DNA from: Syntrophaceae bacterium
GTDB taxonomy: Bacteria; Desulfobacterota; BSN033; UBA1163
DNA length: 39,326 nucleotides
NCBI GenBank assembly: GCA_018333715.1
Contig: JAGXSW010000068.1
Location: 1-39,326 of the forward strand
Direction of reading: 5' to 3'
The notes under the pieces are model-generated. The model saw only the letters and a program-made list of their open reading frames with translations, ran no database searches and had not been told where the DNA came from. A program made the position numbers and the translations under genes. Shown piece after piece: positions 17,151-26,811 of the stretch (position 1 is its first letter; every line of letters begins with the position of its first letter).

Positions 17151-18485
17151 ATGGATCGGAACAATAAAAATATGCGCTCTTCATTAAAATCCTTATCGAT
17201 TCCGGATGGGCCGGGTTATCAGAAGACCGTTTTGAACAACGGGATCAAAGTGATCACCGAAGAAATTCCCTATCTCAAATCGGTCTCCATCGGCGTCTGG
17301 GTGACCACGGGATCCAGGGATGAGGAGCCGCACGAAAACGGAATTTCTCATTTGATCGAGCATCTCCTCTTCAAAGGGACCGAGCGGAGAACCGCATTGG
17401 ACATCGCCAAAGAGATCGACTCGGTGGGGGGAACGCTGAATGCCTTTACCGGCAGGGAATATACCTGCTTTTATGCAAAAGTGATCGACAAGAATTTACC
17501 CCTTGCCATCGACCTCCTCTCCGATATCTTTCTTCATTCTCTCATGGATGAAAAGGATGTGGAGAAGGAAAGGATGGTCATCCTTCAGGAGATCAAGATG
17601 GTGGAGGATACTCCTGACGATTATGTCCACGATCTTTTTAATCGGACCTGCTGGGGAGATCACCCCCTTGGTTTTCCGATCTGCGGAACCGAAGAACGGG
17701 TCAAATCCTTCAGCCGGGATCAAATCGAGCAATTTTTTAGAACCCATTACCAATCGGACCGGATCATTGTCTGTGCGGCAGGAAATCTCCAGCATCAGGA
17801 AGTGGTCGACCTCATCGAAGCCACTTTCGGCCGGATTTCAAAATCGAACCGGGCAAGGGAAAGGGTGAAACCCCTTTCGATCTCCACCACCCATATCTCA
17901 AAGCGGGATCTGGAACAGGTCCACTTCTGCCTGGGCACCCACGGACTTCATTACAATCACTCCCTTCGGTTTGCCTCTTATGTGTTGAATACCATTTTAG
18001 GGGGAGGGATGAGTTCGAGATTATTCCAGGAGATCAGGGAGAACCGCGGCCTGGCCTATTCCGTCTATTCCTATCTTCCCACCTACGTCGATGCCGGTTT
18101 AGTCGTGGTTTATGCGGGGACGGATAAAAACTCGTTCGAAGAGGTCTTTGGACTCATCCTCGAAGAGTTTAAAAAGCTTAAAGCGGAACCTTTCAAGAAC
18201 GGAGAACTGGAGATCGCCAAAGAACAGTTGAAGGGAAATCTTCTCCTCAGCCTGGAGAGCTCTGACAATTTAATGACCCGACTGGCAAAAAATGAGATCT
18301 ACTTTGAAACCTATCAGACTGTGGAGTCCATCCTTAAGGGCATTGATGAGGTCGATGAGCGGATGGTTAAAAGCCTGGCCGGCCATATCTTCGATGAACA
18401 GCGCTTCTGCCTCACCGTTCTTGGACCCATGGATGGAAGCCGGCTCGACGGGAATCCGCAGCCCTGGGGTCAATGGAACAGATAA
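17151..18485 (+). CDS. M16 (pitrilysin) family zinc peptidase
   Basis: Inverted zinc motif HLIEHLLFKGT (HxxEH). Confidence 0.9.
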   Translation: MDRNNKNMRSSLKSLSIPDGPGYQKTVLNNGIKVITEEIPYLKSVSIGVWVTTGSRDEEPHENGISHLIEHLLFKGTERRTALDIAKEIDSVGGTLNAFTGREYTCFYAKVIDKNLPLAIDLLSDIFLHSLMDEKDVEKERMVILQEIKMVEDTPDDYVHDLFNRTCWGDHPLGFPICGTEERVKSFSRDQIEQFFRTHYQSDRIIVCAAGNLQHQEVVDLIEATFGRISKSNRARERVKPLSISTTHISKRDLEQVHFCLGTHGLHYNHSLRFASYVLNTILGGGMSSRLFQEIRENRGLAYSVYSYLPTYVDAGLVVVYAGTDKNSFEEVFGLILEEFKKLKAEPFKNGELEIAKEQLKGNLLLSLESSDNLMTRLAKNEIYFETYQTVESILKGIDEVDERMVKSLAGHIFDEQRFCLTVLGPMDGSRLDGNPQPWGQWNR

Positions 18486-18922
18486 AGATCTATATCAAAC
18501 GGCTCAAGAAAAACCACCCCATCTCCCTTCCTCAATATATGACCGAAGGGTCCTCCGGAATGGACCTCTTTGCCTCTCTCGAAGAGGAGGTCCTTCTTCT
18601 GCCGGGAGAGAGAAGACTGATCCCGACCGGAATTTCCGTGGCTATCCCCGAAGGGTTTGAAGGACAGATTCGACCTCGCAGCGGATTGGCTATTCAGAAA
18701 GGAATTGGACTGGTCAATGGACCCGGGACGATCGATTCGGATTATCGCGGGGAGGTGGGAATTCTCTTGATCAATTTTGGGAAAGATCCTTTTGCCATCC
18801 GCAACGGCGAAAGAATCGCCCAGATGGTCATCTCCCGCGTGTTTCGTTCGATTCTGGCGGAGGTGGATGATCTTCCCCCCACCCAGCGGCAGGAGGGAGG
18901 CTTTGGCCACACAGGGATCTAA
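18473..18922 (+). CDS. dut: dUTP diphosphatase
   Basis: SSGMDL, RSGLA, GTIDSDYRGEV and C-terminal GGFGHTG. Confidence 0.95.
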   Translation: MEQIKIYIKRLKKNHPISLPQYMTEGSSGMDLFASLEEEVLLLPGERRLIPTGISVAIPEGFEGQIRPRSGLAIQKGIGLVNGPGTIDSDYRGEVGILLINFGKDPFAIRNGERIAQMVISRVFRSILAEVDDLPPTQRQEGGFGHTGI

Positions 18923-18952
18923 TAAAAAACATAGAGGGTCTTCATTTTAATG

Positions 18953-18985
18953 GAGCAGGGGGCCTTTTCCTCTGCTCTTTCTTTT
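18953..18985 (+). terminator. weak putative terminator after dut
   Basis: GAGCAGGGGG...CCTCTGCTC imperfect stem followed by a T-rich tract. Confidence 0.35.
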
Positions 18986-19008
18986 CCCTTCTTAAAAGAA
19001 GGACAGCG

Positions 19009-19896
19009 ATGCATCAATCGTTGGATCGATTTCTCCATTATCTCATCGTTGAAAAAGGCCTCTCCAAAAATACAATCGAGGCTTACAGCCATGGCCTGAA
19101 TCGCTTTCTAAATTATTTGCGGGGAAAAGGGACGGAAGAGGTCAGGGAAATTTCCAAACTCGATATCAGGGAATTTCTTCTCTTCCTGAAAAAGAAGGGC
19201 CTTTCAAGCAAAACCCTGGCGAGGAATCTGGTCTCCATCCGGGTCTTCATGCGGTTCCTGAACGAGGAGTCCATTCTGGGCGCCAATCCGGCTGAAGAGA
19301 TCGAATCTCCGAAAACCGCCAAGACCTTGCCGGAAATCCTTTCCCTGGAAGAGGTGGAAACGTTGCTGGAGCGACCCGACACTCAGATCCCTCAAGGGAT
19401 AAGGGATCGGGCGATGCTGGAGATGCTCTATGCCACAGGAATGAGGGTGTCTGAACTGACCCGGCTCGAGGTCAATCATGTCCATCTCGAGGCAGGCTAT
19501 GTCCTCGTTTATGGGAAAGGCTCAAAAGAGAGGATCGTGCCCATTGGCAACGAAGCGATGAAATGGGCGCGACGCTATATGGGAGAATCACGGGAAAGAC
19601 TTCTGAAGAAGAGAGAGAGTCCCTTTCTCTTTGTCAATCGATCCGGAAAGCCTATGAGCCGCCAGCATTTCTGGAAGAGCATCAAAGCCTACGGACGGAG
19701 GGCTGGAATCCGAAAAAGGATCACCCCCCACCTCCTTCGCCATTCCTTTGCCAGCCATCTCCTTGAAAGGGGAGCGGATCTTCGCTCCGTGCAACTGATG
19801 CTCGGTCATGTCGACATCTCGACGACGCAGATCTATACCCATGTGACAGGCGAAAGACTGAAAAAGATTCATCAACGATATCATCCGAGAGGGTAA
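19009..19896 (+). CDS. xerD: site-specific tyrosine recombinase XerD/XerC family
   Basis: ATGMRVSEL, HLLRHSFASHLLERGADLRSVQLMLGHVDISTTQIYTHV. Confidence 0.9.
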   Translation: MHQSLDRFLHYLIVEKGLSKNTIEAYSHGLNRFLNYLRGKGTEEVREISKLDIREFLLFLKKKGLSSKTLARNLVSIRVFMRFLNEESILGANPAEEIESPKTAKTLPEILSLEEVETLLERPDTQIPQGIRDRAMLEMLYATGMRVSELTRLEVNHVHLEAGYVLVYGKGSKERIVPIGNEAMKWARRYMGESRERLLKKRESPFLFVNRSGKPMSRQHFWKSIKAYGRRAGIRKRITPHLLRHSFASHLLERGADLRSVQLMLGHVDISTTQIYTHVTGERLKKIHQRYHPRG

Positions 19897-19902
19897 GAGA
19901 GA

Positions 19903-20086
19903 ATCAGTGCAAATTGCAAAATAGTCAATTAGCAATTAGCATTAAAAAATGAATTCAAGTGGTTTTTAACATTGTTAACTTTGTATTGCTAATTTTGCAT
20001 TGTTAATTGATTATTTTATTGGTTCAAGTGGTTTTTAACATTGCTAACTTTGCACTGCTAAATTTGCATTGTTAATTGATTATTTC
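19903..20086. repeat. family D AT-rich repeat including a two-copy tandem duplication of about 69 bp
   Basis: TTCAAGTGGTTTTTAACATTG(T/C)TAACTTTG...GCATTGTTAATTGATTATTT occurs at 19954 and again at 20023. GCAAAATTAGCA-type arms are shared with 9806-10050. Confidence 0.8.
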
Positions 20087-22714
20087 ATGGAAGTGATCAC
20101 CACTCATATAAATGCTGATTTCGATTCTCTGGCTTCCATGCTGGCAGCCAAAAAACTCTATCCGGGAGCGGTCCTGGTCTTCCCAGGCTCCCAGGAGAGG
20201 AGCCTGCGGGAGTTCTTCATCCACTCCACCCTCTATGCCCTCGAGGTGGAACGGGTGAAAAATATTGACCTCCGCCAGATCGAAAGGTTGATCCTGGTCG
20301 ACACCCGTCAGACCAGCCGGATCGGGAAATTTTCGGAGATCGTGATGAAGCCCGGCCTGGATATCCATATTTACGATCACCATCCTCCTTCTTCAGATGA
20401 TATTCGGGGCTCTCTAGAGGTTGTTGCGGAAGTGGGAGCCACCGTCACACTTCTTCTGGACCTCTTGAGGAAAAAAGGGGTTGACATCACGCCTGATGAA
20501 GCCACGGTGATGCTCCTTGGCATCTATGAGGATACGGGAAACCTGACCTTCTCCTCGGCCAGAGAGGAGGATTTTAAGGCGGCAGGATATCTGGTGGGAA
20601 AAGGAGCCAACCTCAATATTCTGTCGAACGTGATCACCAAAGAGCTCACCTCGGAACAGGTCTTCCTGCTCAATGACCTGATTCAGTCGGCTACCCGGTA
20701 CGATGTCCACGGCATCGATGTGGTGATTGCGCAGGCATCTGTGGATTGGTATATCGGTGACATTGCCATCCTCGTCCATAAGTTAAAGGATATGGAGAAC
20801 CTCGATGTCCTTTTCGTCCTCGTCCAGATGGAAGGTCGTGTCTACCTGATTGGAAGGAGCAGGATTGAGGAAGTCAATGTCTCAGAAATAGCCTCTGAAT
20901 TTGGAGGCGGCGGCCACCCCACCGCCGCCTCAGCAACCATCAAGGGAATGCCGCTCATCGAGGCGCATCGGCGGTTGCTCAAAGTGTTGAGACAGGTCGT
21001 CAGGCCAAGAAGGGTGGCCAAGGACCTCATGGTCTATCCGGTCAAGACGGTGGAACCCGACCGGACTCTGGAGGAGGCAGGAGAGATCCTTTCCCGATAT
21101 CTGCTCGATATTCTCCCGGTCTTTAAAGAGGAGAGAGTGGTTGGACTCATCTCCAAGGAAGTGGTGGACAGGGCGGTTCGTCACGGGCTAAAGGAGGCCC
21201 TTGTGAAAGAGTATATGACGACGGAGTTCTCTGCCGTCTCACCGGAAACCCCCTTTTCCCGAATTCAGGAATTGGCCATCGGACAGAGCCAGAGCCTCAT
21301 CCCGGTCATCGAAAAGGAGCGGCTCGTTGGGGTTGTAGCTCTCGGCGATGTGATGCAGGTCCTCCACGAGGGGATGATCAAATCGGTGAGAGAGATTCAA
21401 CCCCTTTATGCGCGAAAGAAGATGATCTCAAAATTGATGGAGGAGCGATTTCCGGAAAGGATACGGAACCTCCTTGCAGAATTTGGCCGGGTAGGGGATG
21501 AGCTGGGATATTCGGTCTTCGGCGTGGGAGGTTTTGTCAGGGACCTCCTGATGAGGGTGGAAAACGACGATATCGATATCGTTGTGGAGGGCGACGGGAT
21601 CCGTCTCTCTGAGGAATTCGAAAAAAGATTTCACTGCCGGATTCGAACCCACAAAAAATTCGGGACCGCCCTCATTCTCTTCTCGGATGGCCTTAAGGTG
21701 GATGTGGCGACCGCGCGCCTGGAGGTCTATGACTCTCCGGCCGCCCTTCCCACGGTGGAAAGGGGGTCGATCAAGGCGGACCTTTATCGCAGGGACTTTA
21801 CCATCAATACGCTGGCCATCCACCTCAATCCCCGGTCCTTCGGAGAATTGATCGATTTTTTCGGCGGGATGAAAGATATTAAGGAGAAGGTGATTCGTGT
21901 CCTTCATAATCTCTCCTTTGTGGAGGATCCGACCCGCGTCTTTCGGGCGATCCGTTTCGAACAACGCTTGAAGTTCCAGATCGGGAAGCCCACCCAGAAT
22001 CTGATGAAGAATGCGGTCAAGATGTCCATCTTTGATCGACTTTCAGGGGGACGGATTCTCTCAGAGCTTATTCTCATCTGCCAGGAAGAGGATCCCATCC
22101 CTGCCATGAAACGGATGAGAGATTTCAACCTCTTCCATTTTCTCCATCCCCAACTCAAAGTGGACGAGGAGAAGATCGCCCTCTTCGAACAGATTCATCA
22201 TGTCATCTCCTGGTTTGACCTTCTCTTCCTCGAGGAGAAATATGAGAGTTGGCTCATCTACTTTTACGGCCTCATCGATTCCCTCCAGGAGCGGGAGAGC
22301 CTGGAGATCTGCGAACGATTGTCGATGAATGACCGTCTGAAAAAAAGTGTGATTGAGGGAAAACGCCAGGGCGATCTGGCTTTATTCAAGATATACTCCT
22401 GGATCAGCGCCGGGAAAGAACCCAGACGTTCGGAGATTTACACGATTCTCGATTCCCTTTCAACGGAGGTCAAACTGTTGATGATGGCCAAGACAACCCG
22501 GATGGCCACCCGTCGATACATCTCTCTCTACTTTACCCAGTTGAAGGGTACGAAACCGATATTGAGAGGGGCCGACCTGGTTCAAATGGGAATCAAACCC
22601 GGACCTTCCATTCGGGAGGGTTTGGAGGATCTTCTCAAAGCCCGACTCGACGAACAGGTGATCACACGACAGGATGAGTTACAATACTTGACCAGATCTC
22701 TCAGGGTGGAATGA
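20087..22714 (+). CDS. DHH/DHHA1 phosphoesterase - CBS pair - class II nucleotidyltransferase (CCA-adding / poly(A) polymerase family) fusion protein
   Basis: - DHH/DHHA1 motifs: HINADFDSLAS, LVDT, YDHHP, EDTG, GGGGHP.
- Two CBS modules.
- Nucleotidyltransferase motifs: GVGGFVRDLL..DDIDIVVEG and RRDFTINTLA.
- ATG 20087 preferred over TTG 20069, which lies in the repeat. Confidence 0.9.
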   Translation: MEVITTHINADFDSLASMLAAKKLYPGAVLVFPGSQERSLREFFIHSTLYALEVERVKNIDLRQIERLILVDTRQTSRIGKFSEIVMKPGLDIHIYDHHPPSSDDIRGSLEVVAEVGATVTLLLDLLRKKGVDITPDEATVMLLGIYEDTGNLTFSSAREEDFKAAGYLVGKGANLNILSNVITKELTSEQVFLLNDLIQSATRYDVHGIDVVIAQASVDWYIGDIAILVHKLKDMENLDVLFVLVQMEGRVYLIGRSRIEEVNVSEIASEFGGGGHPTAASATIKGMPLIEAHRRLLKVLRQVVRPRRVAKDLMVYPVKTVEPDRTLEEAGEILSRYLLDILPVFKEERVVGLISKEVVDRAVRHGLKEALVKEYMTTEFSAVSPETPFSRIQELAIGQSQSLIPVIEKERLVGVVALGDVMQVLHEGMIKSVREIQPLYARKKMISKLMEERFPERIRNLLAEFGRVGDELGYSVFGVGGFVRDLLMRVENDDIDIVVEGDGIRLSEEFEKRFHCRIRTHKKFGTALILFSDGLKVDVATARLEVYDSPAALPTVERGSIKADLYRRDFTINTLAIHLNPRSFGELIDFFGGMKDIKEKVIRVLHNLSFVEDPTRVFRAIRFEQRLKFQIGKPTQNLMKNAVKMSIFDRLSGGRILSELILICQEEDPIPAMKRMRDFNLFHFLHPQLKVDEEKIALFEQIHHVISWFDLLFLEEKYESWLIYFYGLIDSLQERESLEICERLSMNDRLKKSVIEGKRQGDLALFKIYSWISAGKEPRRSEIYTILDSLSTEVKLLMMAKTTRMATRRYISLYFTQLKGTKPILRGADLVQMGIKPGPSIREGLEDLLKARLDEQVITRQDELQYLTRSLRVE

Positions 22715-23451
22715 TGTCCGAAAACAACTTCTATTCAGAGGAGAAATCTCCATATACGGTCCGGCTCGAGATGTTTGAAGGCCCTCTCGATCTCCTGCTT
22801 CATCTCATCCAGAAGAATGAAATGGACATCTTCAACATTCCCATCGCCTTGATCACCGGACAATACCTGGAATATCTGAAATGGATGAAGACCCTCAATC
22901 TTGACATCGCCGGAGACTACCTTTTGATGGCTTCCACTCTCCTCCATATCAAATCGAGGATGCTCCTTCCCCAGCCCTCCGTGGAAGAAGAGGAGGAAGG
23001 AGATGATCCGAGGGCCGAACTGGTGCGGAGGTTGCTGGAATATCAGAGATATAAGATGGCTGCCGTGGAACTGGTCCAGAGACCCATGCTGGACCGGGAC
23101 GTCTTTATCCGTTTGACATCGGCGGAAGAGAGGGCGCCGGAGGAGGAGAAAATCGAGGCCAACCTCTTCGATCTCATCGATGCCTTTCGCAAGGCTCTCT
23201 CAAGGGCAATGGAGGAATCCTTCCATGAAGTGACCCTGGATCGACTCAGCGTCGAGGATAAGGTTCAGGAGATTCTTCTCCTTCTTCAGAAGGAGAAGCG
23301 GAGCCTTCCTTTTCATCTCCTCTTCCCCGAACAGGCCTCGAGCAGAGTGATCGTCATTACTTTCTTGGCCATCCTAGAGCTGGTTAAAGCGAAATGGATA
23401 CGGGTCTTTCAGGCGGCTCCTTTTGAGACCATTCGAATATCACCGGTTTAA
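22711..23451 (+). CDS. scpA: segregation and condensation protein A
   Basis: FEGPLDLLLHLIQKNEMDIFNIPIALITGQYLEYL. Confidence 0.92.
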   Translation: MMSENNFYSEEKSPYTVRLEMFEGPLDLLLHLIQKNEMDIFNIPIALITGQYLEYLKWMKTLNLDIAGDYLLMASTLLHIKSRMLLPQPSVEEEEEGDDPRAELVRRLLEYQRYKMAAVELVQRPMLDRDVFIRLTSAEERAPEEEKIEANLFDLIDAFRKALSRAMEESFHEVTLDRLSVEDKVQEILLLLQKEKRSLPFHLLFPEQASSRVIVITFLAILELVKAKWIRVFQAAPFETIRISPV

Positions 23452-23456
23452 AAGAA

Positions 23457-23718
23457 ATGGAATGATGGAACAATGGAATAATGGGTGAGAAAAAGGGATT
23501 TTTATGGTTTTACTCAACATTGATAGTCTCGTAAAAAGTCGTCTCACCGGTGAAAACCGGTGTCCAGTGTTTTCATAACCGTCTGAGATTACTGGATTCC
23601 CCGATCAAGTCGGGGAATGACGATCATTAGGATTTTTAGACTTTTTACGAGACCATCAACCTTCCATTATTCCAATATTCCAGTATTCCGGAATTTTATT
23701 GTCCATACTGATCATTAA
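23457..23718. repeat. composite intergenic repeat (family B hairpin plus TTGTCCAT module, reverse orientation) interrupted by a MITE
   Basis: Reverse-complement collinear with 12975-13243 and 28248-28362. Confidence 0.8.
23523..23657. mobile_element. MITE family A copy with decayed target-site duplication
   Basis: ATAGTCTCGTAAAAAGTC...GACTTTTTACGAGACCATC. Flanks are AACATTG and AACCTTC, against the uninterrupted AACATTC (as GAATGTT) at 28299-28305. Confidence 0.85.
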
Positions 23719-23730
23719 CGGGAGGGAACT

Positions 23731-24621
23731 ATGAAACGGAAAAGGATTTTGTTGGGTTTGGTTGCAATCGTCGGATTACTGGCCTTCTTTTTTATCCTCC
23801 TCTTCGTCATCGGTCAGTATGTTTCCGGATCAGGCTCCCGTAAGTTCGCCTTCGGCGACAAGATTGCGGTGGTTGAGATCCGGGGGCTCATCACTCAATC
23901 CCAGGGCATCATCGAAGCCCTTCACCAGCTTGACGCTGATGAAGGGGTGAAAGCCATCATCCTGAGAATTGATTCTCCGGGGGGAGGGGTAGGGCCATCG
24001 CAGGAAATTTATCGGGAAGTCTTGAAGATTAAATCGAACAAAAAAAAGAAGGTGATCACCTCCATGGGCTCGGTGGCCGCCTCGGGCGGATACTATATTG
24101 CGAGCGCCTCGGACCTTATCGTGGCCAATCCCGGAACGATTACGGGCTCCATTGGGGTTCTGATGGAATTCACCAACATCGAAGAGCTCTTCAGGAAGAT
24201 CGGGATCAAGGGCGTCGTATTAAAAAGCGGCGAGCACAAAGACATCGGATCGCCTTTCAGGGAGATGACCCCTGAAGAGAAGAGACTCATCCAGTCGGTC
24301 ATTGACAATGTCCATCGGCAATTTATCGAGGCTGTGGCCGATGGAAGAAAGATGGACCGTTTAAAGGTCGCTCAGGTTGCGGACGGTCGAATCTTAACCG
24401 GGGAGCAGGCCAAACAGCTTGGGCTGGTGGATCAGCTTGGAAACCTTCAGGACGCCATCGATACAGCCGCAAAGATGGCGGGAATTGAGGGAAAACCAAT
24501 GGTCCTCTACCCCAAAAAGAAGTTCTCGCTTCTGGACCTGCTGGTGGAAGGGGTCACAGAGGCGATCCTGAAAATCCTGAGTGAAAAGGGAGTCCAGTTG
24601 AACTATCGCCTCCATCCATAA
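23731..24621 (+). CDS. sppA: signal peptide peptidase SppA, 36K type
   Basis: N-terminal TM segment, SPGG, AASGGYYIASA, GSIGV, GEHKD. Confidence 0.92.
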   Translation: MKRKRILLGLVAIVGLLAFFFILLFVIGQYVSGSGSRKFAFGDKIAVVEIRGLITQSQGIIEALHQLDADEGVKAIILRIDSPGGGVGPSQEIYREVLKIKSNKKKKVITSMGSVAASGGYYIASASDLIVANPGTITGSIGVLMEFTNIEELFRKIGIKGVVLKSGEHKDIGSPFREMTPEEKRLIQSVIDNVHRQFIEAVADGRKMDRLKVAQVADGRILTGEQAKQLGLVDQLGNLQDAIDTAAKMAGIEGKPMVLYPKKKFSLLDLLVEGVTEAILKILSEKGVQLNYRLHP

Positions 24622-24638
24622 TGACCCATTGGGAAATA

Positions 24639-24761
24639 AAGGTTACGTCCAACGGTAACGAGGCCCGTATCGTTAATAGGAGGTAACGTTAAGCGTTTTT
24701 TCATTCTTTGAACGGTACCGTAACCGATAACCGAAACGGGCTTCGTAACCGTCACCGTCAC
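24639..24761. repeat. two inverted family C cores between convergent genes
   Basis: GGTAACGAGGCCCGT at 24654-24668 and ACGGGCTTCGTAACC at 24736-24750 are near reverse complements. The repeat abuts both stop codons. Confidence 0.7.
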
Positions 24762-25510
24762 TACGATCCTCCCGACAGGATTTTGGCGATCCGTTTCATG
24801 TCCTCCCAGACTTCTCTCTTCTTTTCAGGATTCCGGAGCAGGTAGGCAGGATGGTAGGTTGGAAAGAGCTGGATGCCGGAGAAGTCGTAGACCTCTCCGC
24901 GAAGCGCTGTGATCTTGACATCGGTTTTGAGAAGGGTCTGGGCGGAAAACGTTCCAAGGGCGCAGATGATCCTGGGCCTAATCGCATGAATCTGTTTTAA
25001 AAGAAAAGGATAGCAATTCTCTATCTCATCGGGTTCAGGGTTTCTGTTCTGAGGAGGCCGGCATTTGATGATATTGGCAATATAGGCTTCCCCCCTTTCG
25101 ATGTCGATGGCCTGAAGAATTTTGGTGAGCAGCTGTCCTGCCTTCCCCACAAAGGGTCTTCCCTGAACATCTTCGTCATTGCCGGGGCCCTCTCCGATGA
25201 GCATCAACCTTGCCTTTTGGTTCCCCTCCCCGAAAACAATCGTGCGCCGCGTTCGATGAAGCTTGCATCTCCGGCAATCTCCCAATTCGCTTCGTATCTC
25301 TTCGAGACGTTGCGGGTCAGATGAAGAACGGTTTGCCATTCCATACGGCGGGGGCGATTCATGAATTGCCTCCACACCGGCAGAAGTCTCTGATGGATGG
25401 ATTTTTTCATTCCCGTTACCAAAGAGAGGCAATTCTGTAATTCCGAGTCTCTTGAGATAGTCAAGGTAAGATTTAAGATCGCCGATCATTTCCTTACCGT
25501 TTTGGTCCAT
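24761..25510 (-). CDS. uracil-DNA glycosylase, family 4
   Basis: CRRCKL, GEGPGNDEDVQGRPFVGKAG, HPAYLLR. Confidence 0.92.
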   Translation of the reverse strand: MDQNGKEMIGDLKSYLDYLKRLGITELPLFGNGNEKIHPSETSAGVEAIHESPPPYGMANRSSSDPQRLEEIRSELGDCRRCKLHRTRRTIVFGEGNQKARLMLIGEGPGNDEDVQGRPFVGKAGQLLTKILQAIDIERGEAYIANIIKCRPPQNRNPEPDEIENCYPFLLKQIHAIRPRIICALGTFSAQTLLKTDVKITALRGEVYDFSGIQLFPTYHPAYLLRNPEKKREVWEDMKRIAKILSGGS

Positions 25511-25582
25511 CGGACTTTTCCCTCTTTTTCACCTCCATTAGCCTTTTCTGACCTCCCTGTCAAGCCACAACTAAAAGGAAAT

Positions 25583-25645
25583 GGGTTACGGTGACGAAGC
25601 CCGTATGGTTTGATAGTTAAACGGTTGTGGGTTCCCCCGTGGGGT
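25583..25645. repeat. family C repeat copy
   Basis: GGGTTACGGTGACGAAGCCCGTATGG. Confidence 0.65.
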
Positions 25646-25698
25646 CTGAAAAAATTTAAGTTGATTGTCATTAAAATTTATTATAATATTGGGGCGAT

Positions 25699-26811
25699 AT
25701 GAACAAAAAAGAGAGAAAACTATTAGTGGTGGATGACAACATCGACTTCGTCCATTTCATACGGAGAGCTTTGGAACAGGAGAATTACCGAATCTCCATC
25801 GCCCTGGATGGGAAAACAGCCATTGAAAAAGCGTCAACAGAAAATCCGGAGCTCATTCTCCTTGACATGAAACTGCCTGACATATCGGGAGAAGAGGTAT
25901 TGGAGAGGGTTAAGGAGATCAATAAAGGTATCCCCGTGATGGTCATCACCGGTTATGGAGGAGACCAGTTGGCCATCGACATGATGAGAAAAGGGGCTGT
26001 CGATTTTCTCACAAAACCTCTGGAACCCCGGATTCTTATCAAGGCGATAAAGAACGCCCTGGCGATTCACGACACCCGGCAGGAGGACAAAAAGTTTAAC
26101 CCCTATCCCTCTCTTGAAATATTTTTCCCTTTTCTCGCCCATGAGATTCGAAATCCCCTCCATGCCATCTCAGGGGCCCTGGCCATCATCCAAAAGCGCT
26201 GTAATTTGAAGGATCAATTTCTCACCCAATCCATCAAGATCATCCATGAAGAAGTTCAGCGCTTAAATGATTTCGTTCAGGGGTGTCTCAATTTTGTAAG
26301 ACCTCCCGATTTCATTCGTTTCAGCGAGGTGAACCTCCGGGAGGTGATTTCAGTGACCGTGAGCATGCTGGCTCACATGTTTGAATCCGAATCAAATAAA
26401 ATCGAGATCACCGTCAAGGCTGATCCTGATCTCCCAAAGGTTTATGTCAATTATGAAGAGATTAAACAAGCCTTTTTAAACATCATCAAAAATGCCTATG
26501 AGGCGATGCCTGAAGGAGGGGAATTATCGATCGAGGCCTCCGAGACCCATGAATCCCCCAAAATGATAGAAGTTGTTTTTACGGATCAGGGGGTAGGAAT
26601 AAAGAAGGAAGCGATGGGCTCTCTCTTTAGTCCTTTTTATACCAACAAACCCAGGGGAAATGGGTTAGGGTTGGCCCTCTGTCGAAGAATCATTGTCGAA
26701 CGTCATCAGGGGACAATCCATATCGAAAGCGAAGAAAAGAAGGGAACAACGGTTAAAGTAAAGTTGCCCGCCACCCGACTACAAGAAAATACTCCAGGAG
26801 AAGCATCGTGA
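25699..26811 (+). CDS. hybrid receiver-histidine kinase (REC-HisKA-HATPase), cytoplasmic
   Basis: REC motifs VVDDN, LLDMKLPD, ITGYG, LTKP. H-box FLAHEIRNPL, N-box NIIKNAYEAM, G-boxes DQGVGI and GNGLGL. No TM segment. Confidence 0.9.
   Translation: MNKKERKLLVVDDNIDFVHFIRRALEQENYRISIALDGKTAIEKASTENPELILLDMKLPDISGEEVLERVKEINKGIPVMVITGYGGDQLAIDMMRKGAVDFLTKPLEPRILIKAIKNALAIHDTRQEDKKFNPYPSLEIFFPFLAHEIRNPLHAISGALAIIQKRCNLKDQFLTQSIKIIHEEVQRLNDFVQGCLNFVRPPDFIRFSEVNLREVISVTVSMLAHMFESESNKIEITVKADPDLPKVYVNYEEIKQAFLNIIKNAYEAMPEGGELSIEASETHESPKMIEVVFTDQGVGIKKEAMGSLFSPFYTNKPRGNGLGLALCRRIIVERHQGTIHIESEEKKGTTVKVKLPATRLQENTPGEAS

Noticed and set aside
10471-17184. Long antisense ORFs inside infB, truB and pnp (for example 11954-12448, 13497-14096, 16597-17184), and similar ones at 21428-21964 and 35517-36107
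   Set aside because: These are shadow frames opposite well-supported genes. The translations are Arg/Ser/Gly/Pro-rich with no motifs or RBS.
23452-23730. Absence of scpB directly after scpA
   Set aside because: scpB is often but not always adjacent to scpA. The gap is filled by repeats, and the gene may be elsewhere in the genome, so absence cannot be judged from one window.
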